A stretch of DNA of 28,910 nt from Oopsacas minuta (Eukaryota > Animalia > Porifera). The notes below the pieces were generated by a model, which had not been told where the DNA came from, did not search any database, and was given only the letters and a program-made list of their open reading frames with translations. The position numbers and the translations under genes were made by a program. The stretch spans positions 1-28,910 of the forward strand of contig JAKMXF010000087.1 of assembly GCA_024704765.1 (NCBI GenBank), read 5' to 3'. Position 1 is the stretch's first letter; every line of letters begins with the position of its first letter. Shown one piece after another: positions 11,680 to 22,900 of the stretch.

Positions 11680-11916
11680 CTAATAATCTTTACACAGTTT
11701 AATTGTGCCAATTTGCATTTTTATGTACTTTAAAATGTATGGTATCAACGTTTCTATATATTTTGAACGTGTTTATCACACCAATTCAAACTGTTTTACT
11801 CCTAATTACATCATTTGATTGATTACTTTATAACTAGCGCGCTTTGCTTGCTTGGTCGCTGGGCAACGGGATAACTCAGCATTTTAGGGTTGTAGGATTT
11901 CAATCAATAAATTGTA

Positions 11917-12560
11917 TCAATATATTTCATGATTTAAATAATAGTGTACAAATAATGTTAATAGTGGGAACGCATATAAGTACATCTCGGTTATACGAAC
12001 ATCTCCAATATAAGACCCATCTGGAAGACGGTTCTGTTGCATACTTTTGCCGGTTACAAGGACATTTATGGTCTTCGTATATGCGAGGGCATAGCCAGCT
12101 CCGCAAACTGCCCACGTCAAGGGACGCCATCTGCTGTTAGCCCATGCAAATCGTTCTAGTTCAAACGCCTCTTCTAATATATAATAAATTAATTTGAGTG
12201 AAATTATCATTTATATACGTTGAGATTGTCCAATATAATCGTCGCATACATTACCTAATATCCAAATATTCATATGCGAATGGTCAGTTATTTTCTGTTT
12301 CCTTTGAAACGCTTTTCCGATACATATAATCCAACATATCAATGTGATCAGTGCATAGATACTTATCGGTTCGTTTTTTCAAGTGGATTCATAATTTCTA
12401 AAGCTCGAGGAAATGTGGTAATGTTGCATTTATAGCTGTGTCTGGCTGGGTACACAAGTACCAGGACTGTAGCAAGGAGCTTAATATTTGTCAGGTTGGC
12501 ATGTATGTAGTCGCCAAAAGTTTGCCCCGTTGAAATCGGATCGTCTCCTACGACGATACA
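11917..12560 (-). pseudogene. Possible degenerate Fringe-like (GT31) glycosyltransferase remnant
   Basis: Motif-level resemblance only: RPLTWAVCGAGY...RLPDGSYIG...PLLTLFVH, plus upstream ATTxxxx*xxLxxLLQSW in a separate segment. No DDD motif and no clean splice model were found. Confidence 0.3.
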
Positions 12561-15060
12561 CAATCACCAGTGTTTACTGTATGGTCCTGTATGCACTTAT
12601 GCCACTGGTGGAATAAATGGCATACATTCAAAAGTGACTCACTAAGTAGAATTCAAATCTGAATTCAGAAATTAAGTTTTCATTATACTTTTGTAACTAT
12701 TCGATGCTAATTTTATGATTAGCTGAAGTTGTATCTGGTTCAATGTGTGTAGAATTCCACAAACAAACATCTAATTACTTGTGCTAGAGTCACTCGATAA
12801 ATTTAGAATATGATCTTAATAGTTACCTAACGCAGTTACAATTTTCACATTTTCGTAGTATTCACCCCCACATTTACCCTTTTTTCATTCACTTTCGGGT
12901 ATCCCACCTATTTCCTCCTGATTGGCCTACAATGCTTGTTCTGGCGTGTCAACTTGGTCCTTTTGATAGTTTTCTCCACCTAATGGAATAGCAAGAAATC
13001 ACATGAGGATGATTCGTGAGAACATGGTGTGTGGTTATAACTGACATTTTTTCAAAGTGATTTTCCAATCAAACGAGTTTTGCCTGAAATTTCTAGTCAA
13101 ATGTAATCACCTGTAAAGTGGGTTCATATACAATTCTATAATTATAAATACACTCAAAACGGTCTAAGTACTTTTCTTTACTTATATTCCGTTACAATTT
13201 ATAACTAAAAAAAGAATTTGCAATACAAACATTTTGTGGTATTTTGAATCTAGAAGTAAGTAGGTATACTACTATTGGTAGAAACATGTGTAATTTCGAG
13301 AGAACTGGAGACTTGCTGTCTCATCCAAACAGCGAGATTTCAAGAATGAAGAAGGACATTGAAAGGGCTATTCATCAGTGCTTCTTCTTTAACAAACCAA
13401 TTTTCTGGAATTTACATATGTCTGCAGTAATAGTTGTATATCTTATACCAGCTTACTTCTAGATTCAAAATCCCAATTTATATTTGTATTATAAATATTT
13501 TTTGGGTTATAAATTGCAACGGAATATACATACTCATAAGTATTACCGTTATATTTACGTTGAAAGGATTTCTGGTAAGCTTGAAATTTATCACTCAAAT
13601 CAACAAAATAGGAAAGAAATTCTTGTTTTAGTACTCTCAAATGCTCCAGAATGGCTCCTTTTGTATCTGAATCTAAAGGCTTTTTCTTATTCATTAAGAA
13701 TGCTTTGAACTTATCCACAAAATCAAGCAATGTGCTTTCTTTCCCTCTGCATGGATAAGTTAGTAAATTCAGTCGAGAAAAGATGTCGACGAGGTAGGCA
13801 AGTTCAAAGCTCCGCTCTTCAATATTAAATTGAAATAGCATAAGAGATTATTCTGTTGGTGGATTCTTGAATTTCTGCACATAATTCAGATACTCTTTAA
13901 AGACATTGCCTCTGGAATGGTTTTCTGAACTGGCACCTAATTATTTGCATAACTCTTGAAACATACGGTTATTCAATGCGCTTCGTTTAATATAGTTGAC
14001 AATTGAATAACTCCAGACATTACATCATCCATCATATTTTTAATTACTATCTTCATGAGGTATTTTAGAAAACTATTATTGCTTCGTATGGTATATAATA
14101 CTAATATGGGCAACTATATATACAGTAATTACTAGGATCAAGTTTCTTTATATTCTAATCTACTAGAATACACTATAAACTAAATCCTGATTTAGCGATA
14201 TTACACATTTAGACTTTGATTATTTTTTTTTACTGTGCCGACTATACTTTAGTATAGTGGCCCAGTATTGAAATGGTTGCCTAAATTTTTTCATTTTTTG
14301 TTTTTCTCTGTAAAAGCCCTGTAGCCAAAACTGGTTAGAATTAAGGTGATATTTGGTGTGAGAACTATTGAACATATTCGTCGGGTGTGCTTTTCCCCTT
14401 TGCTAATCAATCGGACAACAAAGTGCCACTATTTCACATTATTCAAACTTTTGTCTGACCTCTCGCAATAAACTATGTAAAGGTGCCAAAATTTTCACAT
14501 CTTCCGAAAAAGAAAAAAATTACACACCTTCGTACTCTTCTAGAATTTTTATATTGGTTAGTTTTTTTGCTGGAATTAAATGAAAAATATTTATTTTATA
14601 GCACTATGTCATCTGTAATAATTCTATTGTTCCTAGATGTTAATGATTTATTAGTTAAACGATAGATGCTTCTAGTGTTGTATATAATATGCGTTCATTG
14701 TATATCTAAATTTACCGGTAGCTTTAATCATTTATATTATATTTATGCATATAATATTTTCAAATTAACCATGGATAATTTCAAAAACATAATTTGCCCT
14801 AATATATGACCTTTGAATAATCGTAGAAGATTGTTGCAAACAGCAAAAGGGAGTAATTCAATACGCTGATTCTGAATTTAACACTCTTGAATTTGTACGG
14901 AAGAAATCTTCAGGATTCCCTTCTATTAATATTGTTTAGTCACCTGATAATGATTGCAATCATATTGAACATTATATAGATTGGATAATGATAGTAAATT
15001 GTAAGTATATTGTTTGATGCATGGAAATCCGAGCAGAGCGTTGAAAAAATAAATAATTAT

Positions 15061-15230
15061 AACCTGTGCCGACAGCTTAGTCTATTAATTTCAATTTGTT
15101 TAAAAAGTGGCACTATTAATTGGAGGCATTATGTATATTGGGATTAAACCTGTCCTTTCATAGTGCTTACAATTCATAGTGCCACTTTTAAACAATTTTA
15201 ATTTAATAGGCTAAGCTGTCGGCACAGGTT
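15061..15230. repeat. 170-bp foldback element (MITE-like hairpin)
   Basis: Arms of about 55 bp (15061-15116 and 15176-15230), the first 20 bp perfectly complementary (AACCTGTGCCGACAGCTTAG). No TSD resolved. Confidence 0.75.
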
Positions 15231-16848
15231 GGAACTATATATTTTTCTTCCGAATTTCTTCAAAATTTGTAGAATTTTCCTATCTATGCCCCTAATTTAT
15301 AGAGAAATAATCTTGAATTCTAGGTTCTAAGGTAATGGAAAATTAATTCAAACGGCTTGGTAGAATCGTGGTAATTTTGAGGTACTCTATCCTATCATTG
15401 TGAAACTACATGGATGCAATTTCCATGGATTCGTAGATATATTTTTTGAAAAAGACAATTTCAAAGATTGATACAATATAAATGCTATTATATGGGCACA
15501 AGCAAGTGTTTGGTGCTCGAATTTCGATACATAGTATACAGTAAACCTTTGAGAATGTTGAATATCCTAATATGAATTAGCCTTGAGTCGGGGCGTCTAT
15601 ACTATTCTCTGGGAGTTTCAGAATCCTATTGACCAAATAACTGATGTATTCGTGTTTTGGATTTTGTATTGCGCGAAACTGATAGATATTTGTCTACGTG
15701 ACTAAGAGACTTGCTTCAACTGTGGTCTCGAGTCCTTCTACACTCCAGAAAGCAAAAGGGGTGTGAAATTTGCGACATGGTGACGTAGGATGACAAAAGG
15801 TATGTAACGTCAATATATATATATATAATCATTTTAGATGGATTATTTTTTTTGATGTAATAATGAAGCATGCAGTCTGAGATAGAAATATATCCTGAAC
15901 TTTGGAAAATCAGAGAAAACAATTTTCGGAAAAATTTCAAGGTGTAAAGTGACGCAGCATATGTAAATACGTGAGATATTTGAATTTCTTTTGAAAATAA
16001 AGCAAGAGGACAAAATTTTCACATATATACAAAACAAATTTTCTTTGAAAAATCTCAACTTTTTCTTGATAATCGTCTAGTCAAATACCGGCAACCACTG
16101 TTAACTCAGGCTTGGAATCCTGAACGACACCCCCACAATTGCTGGAGCTTCATCAGTACAGATTGCACAAATATTTTCCAGTCCAAGCCGTCGTCAAGAA
16201 AATACATTTTCCTTTTCAAAAATGTCAATTGCTTTTGTTGTTGTTTGTAAAGGAAGGCAAACCAGGAAAATTTCTCTGAAATCATCATCATTAATACACC
16301 TGACCATAGCTTACTACATGTAAGGCCTAACAGTCACTGTCCCAGGGATGGGTTATTAGCTGATATTGGAGAATTTTGTTTTGTCCTTAATATCTAATCA
16401 AAATGTTATCTTAACTATTATCAATAATCCCTCGCTGGTATTCAACTAATATATTGAAATTCTACGTACTTGAAGTTCATAAAATTAATGGATATTGGAC
16501 AATAACCCAATCAACATACATAAGAAACGAAATACATACAATCACAATAATAGCACATACGCTTCACAAAATCATGAGAACTTTATCAGTTTATAGATAG
16601 AACAGTTTGATTTCCAGATATCAATACTTGCATCATCTTTCATGTACATCAATATGAGCTTAACTAATATTTTTCTAGCTGGACCGTGTACAAGTAGATT
16701 CGCCACTGTCAGGAATAAATTCTTTAGCATAGGTTAGCGTATCAATGCACAATCTACACTCTTGAAGCCCTTTCAAGAATTTATAGACCGAATATCCTCC
16801 GATAAAAGCTAAAGACTCGAGCATCTGTTGAGTGTATTCAATTGATAA

Positions 16849-19168
16849 CACAGCCCTGCGGGAAAAAAAATTTTATTTGCTGATTGTTATTGCAAAACAT
16901 TTTCTAATCCACATTTTAATTCTGATTTTGAAAAATGTTGTAAATTATACGTATCACGTCTAGTTTTTTAGCAAAATTATTTTTAAATATTGGTATATTT
17001 ATCGATGAATGCATGATACCTCTACAAGTAAAATAGTGAAAATCTGCCATTTATAAATTTTTACTAAGAATTACAATAAATTTTTATTGATAATATAATC
17101 TTAGTTAATAAATAAATTTGAATACATTAGTCTGAATCAGGAGTAAATTTCCGTTTTTTTGACATTCAAGCATGAATAACATCAATACAATCTCTCTTGA
17201 GGCACCAGCAGTAATCAGCCATCATATGAACGCCCCCACCTCCCTTGATATCGTGTTTCCATTGTTTTTATGTCTTGGTGGAATCGTTCACCTTGCTCCT
17301 CGGAAACAGCTCCAAGATTCTCTGGAAAATAGTCAATATGACTGTGAAGAAAGTGAACTTTTACACTCATATTGCAGCCGAGATTCTTGTAAGATTCAAT
17401 CAACTCATTCACAAGTATTTTATAATTAGGAATTTCATATTTCCCCAAGAAGTTTTTCATGACATTTACAAATGCATTCCATGCACATTTTTCTTTGCAT
17501 ATCATAGAATTTGAAAAATTATCATCTCGAACAAGTTGTCTTATCTGAGGACCGTCGAATATACCGGCTTTTCTTTTTTCATCACTTAGGTAGTAAAACT
17601 TCTCGGTAATATGTTTGAAACAATTTCCTTCTTTATCTAATGCCCTTACAAACTGTTTCATCAATCCTAATTTTATATGAAGTGGTGGAAGCAAAATCTT
17701 GAGAGGATCCACTAGAGGCTCGTGGATAATGTTCTTATCTCCAACATTAAGATTGGTTCTAGCTGGCCAGCTCTGTCTAGAATAGTGTTCGCTCTTTGCA
17801 CGACTGTCCCATAAGCATAAAAAACAAGGGTATTTTGTATATCCTGATTGCTGTCCCAAAAGAATGCATATGATTATTGAGTCACCACAGATTACCCAAT
17901 TGTGCTGGTTATAATTAATTTTATGAAGCACAATTTTCATGTTATCATATCGTTCCTTTAAACTTACTGAATGTCCAATTGGTATGGAACTAAATTTGTT
18001 GCCATTATGAAGTAGAACACATTTCAAACTTTGTTTTGAACGATCAATAAATTGTCTCCAATCTTTAGGTACATACGGACATCCAAGAGTATTAGCTAGC
18101 GGTGAAACATCATGACAAAACACAAATCCGTCTTCCATTATGAAATATTTCAAAAATTCGATCTCTCTGTTCCTATATGAGTAAAATTTTGTTTCTGGGA
18201 GAAGCAAGTTTTTTTCTTTTAGCCTAGAACCTAACAACTCCGCAGATTCTTTAGGTAAATCTAAATCACGTACCAAATCATTTAATTCAGACTGATTAAA
18301 TAACTGTGGAGAATTAGAACGAGATAATACACACGGAATAAAATCCTCATCTTCTCTAATTAATGAATCTCTAGTTTCACAATCATCATTTTCCGAGATA
18401 ACATCCAAATTAGTAAATTTTGGAACAGGTACATCAATAGAATGGGGAACGGGTCATATTGCTGAATGTAAATTTGGATACTTGATCAATGACTTGGTTT
18501 TAGCATTGAATCCGGAAATATTCGCCATACAAAAGTAGCACTCGCTAATGTGATTTTGTGGCTCTCTCCATATCATTGGAATTCCAAAACTTAAACTCTT
18601 TCTGATTCCTTTTGTCCATTGTCCCAAATTTTCTACACAAGATCGGCACACTGTATGTGGAGCCCATGTTTTGTCTTGATCACCTAATCTCATTCCAAAA
18701 TATTCTAAATATGCTTTTTTAACAAATCCTGTTATTGCCGTAGTTTGTTTAGAAGTCATAAAACTACCACAAATATAACAAAAGACGTCTGGATCATTAC
18801 TGCACCTTCTCCGATAAGCCATATGATAATAAAATATCAAAATAGTAGACTATAGTACAATAAAGCTGTATATAACAAAAATAAAAATAAAACAAATTAT
18901 GTAGAAAAGAATGGAGTTAAAGGGACTAATTAGAAAATGCAATAAAGCACGCATCTGTTTATTTCAAAAGACAAAATTCACACAAGTATCAAATATAATA
19001 ATTTATTCTAGGGAAGTGTACTTAAAAAAATCGACTTACATTAAAATGACATTTGAGTAAAAACGAGACGTGATAGTGGAATTCTGATGACAGATTGAGA
19101 ATCAGTATACTCAAGTTAACTAAAAACAACCCATGGATAATAATCAGCAAATGTGACGCAGGGCAGTG
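16849..19168 (-). mobile_element. Complete Chapaev3-type (CMC superfamily) transposon, 2320 bp
   Basis: TIR CAC(A/T)GCCCTGCG with a perfect 3-bp TSD TAA (16846-16848, 19169-19171). Removing it restores the P frame GDI-LSIEY. Confidence 0.88.
17172..18840 (-). pseudogene. Chapaev3 transposase with two lesions
   Basis: Motifs FCYICG, GDQDKTWAPH, PMIWREP..HISECYFC, YPCFLCLWDSR, LLPPLHIKLGLMKQFV and EEQGERFHQDI. The two track ORFs are in frame across one TGA (18454-18456, SAI*PVPH). A +1 frameshift in the G run near 17236 cuts off the conserved MMADYCW tail. Confidence 0.85.
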
Positions 19169-19922
19169 TAATATATCACCAATTCCACCAAGCTAAGGCT
19201 CAAGGACAATTTGGTCATCACTAGGAGTAATAGATGGTGAAGTAAAGATTTGACAAAGTACATATGGATTGAGTAGAGTCCTGTTGATCAGAAAACATTT
19301 TTAGGATGGTAGAGAGCTTAAAACGACGCTCGGATTCAAGGATTTGAATGTAGGAAATATGATATTTAGAACAAGCTATTATAGGATAGAGTCCAAAAGG
19401 ATCTTCCGATTGGTCAGTTTGCAGAAATGCAGACAAAACATAAGAAAATCCACACGACTCAGTTAGACTGTTTGGTATATGTTCTAAAGCAATACAAGCG
19501 TGTCTCAAACTAGTATACGTTTGCTTACTCAATTTACCCGATTTGCCAGTAAGGACTGCCAAGCATCTAGCGAATACACTATACGAACTAAATATATCAA
19601 ACGCTCATCATGGAAGATCAAGGGTGCTGAGAGATTGTCATTTAAACGTATTCCTTTGAAGGGCGACTAACATTGAATAATTTCCGTGTAAGAAGGATTC
19701 TAACAAACGTAGAGGTATTATTACGATATTCTTCACAACGTTTTTCATTTTGAATCTCAAGAGCGTATAGTGTTAGATCATTAAAAACCTTTAGAACCAA
19801 TCTGACATTCTGTCTTTCTACACTAGAAGGAAAACAAGCTCTCACTGTTAACTGAGGAGCCAGTTTCGCTAAACTTCCTCTTTCAGAGCTGTATAGAAGG
19901 CGTACATCTTGAAAAGATGCTG

Positions 19923-22900
19923 CACAGTGTGGCAAAATGGCCATAATGGGGAAATAGGTAAATGAATCTGTATTATCGCCACAATTATACTTACATATAC
20001 TAAATCGACACTGTAGATTTCAAAAATACCAATGATTATTTAGTAGCACGACTATAAACCTAGTTATGACGTAATTACTGACATTTTCTAATTTTTAACA
20101 CTTGTGGTTCATTAGTGAGGATATTATGAAAGTTGATAATACATGCATGTCATGGTCTCTATTCTGCTATTTGATAACGTACAATTTAAAGACCCTTAAT
20201 TATCTATGACTATTGGATATACTTATTATCATAAATCATCTGATAGTATACTATTATATAATATCTCTTGGAGGCTATTTGCAACGTCTCTTTTCTTCTT
20301 TGCGTGCATCAAACGATTCTGTACTAAGATGGGGTCACTACAACATAACAACCTGACTAAAATATCTCTAACATTATCAGTGAAAGAAGTTTTTCTTGCA
20401 AGATTCTCCCGATACCGCCTTACAAATTTATTGCAGGATTCTAAACATTCCTCAGAGAGATTCTGTAATCCCTTACCATTATTATAAGCACCTATTAACT
20501 GAAACGAATGGGCAAGTAACTTGTGCAAAGATGGAGTGATGCTTGCCCATGGGTACTCAATTAGAATAAATTCGTACGTTTCTTTGCACAATTCTTGCAT
20601 TTTGTCACAGTTAATCAAGTCACCACTGTTGAGGAGTCTTAACAAAACAGATAGATTTGTCTGGATCTTCTCTAATGATATTTTATCTGAAGGATTAATG
20701 GAAGAAGTGGCCCACGTCAAAAAGTCTCTCTTATTTAAAAAGCAGTCTCGCGCAATGTTACCAGTGGTTGAAGTGCCGCCCTGGCTTGAAGGGATATCGA
20801 CACTGAAATTACATCTTTCCTGGAGTATAGCTCGAACCCGTTTCTTGGAAAAATTTACTTTCGAGTTTGATGGCGCCCATACCTTGTGTCCTGCATCAAG
20901 ATGGTATATCAACAGCATGAACCACCTGAATACACAAAGGTAAGCATGCAAAGGAGATGCAGCTATAATATCGATGTTAGAAGTTGGTTGATGCGTAATA
21001 CCAACACGTTGATTTGATGGGAGTTTCAAGTAATCTTCTTCATCAACCTCTTCAAAAAGTTGCCGAGCGTCGCTAATTAGTCTGTTAATAGGGAAACCAG
21101 AATGGGCCCATTCTAAACTTTTAATTTGGCTATCCGTTGCAGTACACAGATGACAAGAAGCCCCACCAGCTCCATCCAGCAATCCTGCCATCTTGGTATC
21201 AAAAAGGGAACGGACTATCTCGACCTGTGCATGGCCTCCAATAAGAGATAACCCATCCTGTATGATATGGTCTGTTTGAGGATTGACTATTGTATTCATG
21301 ATAAGCTTTACACTAGAATAATCTTCTTTCAGAGCTATCAGTGCTACTGGCCTAAAGCAGAACGGAGAGTTGGGTGAGCTGTTATAGAACACGTCATTTC
21401 CAAGTGTGTCTGTAATTGATATTACTTTGAATCCGAACAAAATGAAAGTTTTTGTGCTTAATGCAGAATTGTTGCTTTGTTGGTTATAGGTTTGATGACA
21501 ACCGGAGCCATCCAATCCATCAGATATCTTAATTTTTAGTGGTAGTGTGAATCAGGAACTGGGTCTAATGTTGAAAGCAAGCGTTGAATGGTCAGACTAA
21601 GGATAGAATGATAAGAGACGCAAGTCCCAATTGACAATACTTCGGGGTCTCTGATAAATTCCAGTTCATTTATTAGGCTTATTTCCCCACGATATTGCGA
21701 GACAAGCTTATAGGAAGGAAGTTTAACATCACCTTTGAGAATTATTTTCAGATTCGTGTGTTTACTCGCCCCAATTTCCAAGCTGTCCAATATATAAGCA
21801 CATTTAGAGATTTGTACTTTGTTCAATACACCGCTAAAAGATCCCTTATCAATTATTTCTCTGCACATGTCTGAAGTATCACGGTCATAGGATTTATTTG
21901 AGACTAATTCTAAAGCTAGAGCGAGTAGTTGTTTAGGCTCAATCTTTTCTCTCTCTGCTAAAAAGTCCACATGCTCTAAAAGAACACCAAGTCTCGATCT
22001 GGAAGTCTTCATGTGACATTCGAGAATATGCTTCCGGGATTCAGTTACAATCTGTTCTGAAAAGTTTCGATTTTCAGAATCAGTGACTAAAGAAAATTCA
22101 GGATCAAGCGATATTCTCTTTCTTGGATTGGATATTGTTAGATGAGTAGAGTGGAAAATCATATTATCCCATGTTTCAAGATCCTTCCTGCGGTAAGCCT
22201 CTCTGGATGTTAGAAGTGATTTAAATTTTAAATGAAGAGTAGCAGTTTCTTCTTCGGATAAATGGTTGTTCTCAATAAGTTTCCTAACAGAGACTGTAAC
22301 ACTTCTTCCATTCGAAATATACAAACTATATGCCTCATTGTTCGTGATTAGTACAGACATGATCCGCAAAAGGGCTACTTTAACATAGAAACATTATGAT
22401 ATATGATTGTAGAGTATTGGAATAACTAATAACCAGCAAAATATAGAATTTTACTGAAAAAATTTAAAACGTATGAAAAATATATTTTTCGGATTTTTGT
22501 CCGGTCCGGACAATGAATGACGTGATAAATTTTTGGGCAGCTTTTGGCAAGCCTGGAAAGTGATTAAATAGTTGACTAAATATAGTAACATTACTTATAT
22601 ATTAATAACGTTTTGTCAAATTTTGTCAAACAAGAGATGCTACACTTCAATCAATGAGAAAAAATTCCAAATTATAACTTTGGGAGGGCCAAACTAGACA
22701 CCCGGAAAAAAGTACAAATTAATATCTAGACTAACCTATCAATGATTAAATTGTTGTTACAATATAGATTTATTATCAGAAGATGTTTTTCACTCTTATA
22801 TTTAATATTTACATCAAATATGATTACATACATTAGGGCATAGGAATTTGAGGTTTGAAAATATATATTTCTATTATTAGAAACACATAACAAAGTTGTG

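Noticed and set aside
14109-16095. GGCAAC direct repeat (14109-14114, 16090-16095) as the TSD of the 2-kb block
   Set aside because: It is only 6 bp, has no adjoining TIRs, and joining there does not cleanly restore the hAT frame.
3040-19922. MAP2K7 flanked by two RAG1-like ends as a V(D)J-like rearranging cassette
   Set aside because: The two ends belong to different families, both are the 16-bp type, and each is explained by its own element. There is no sign of segments or joints.
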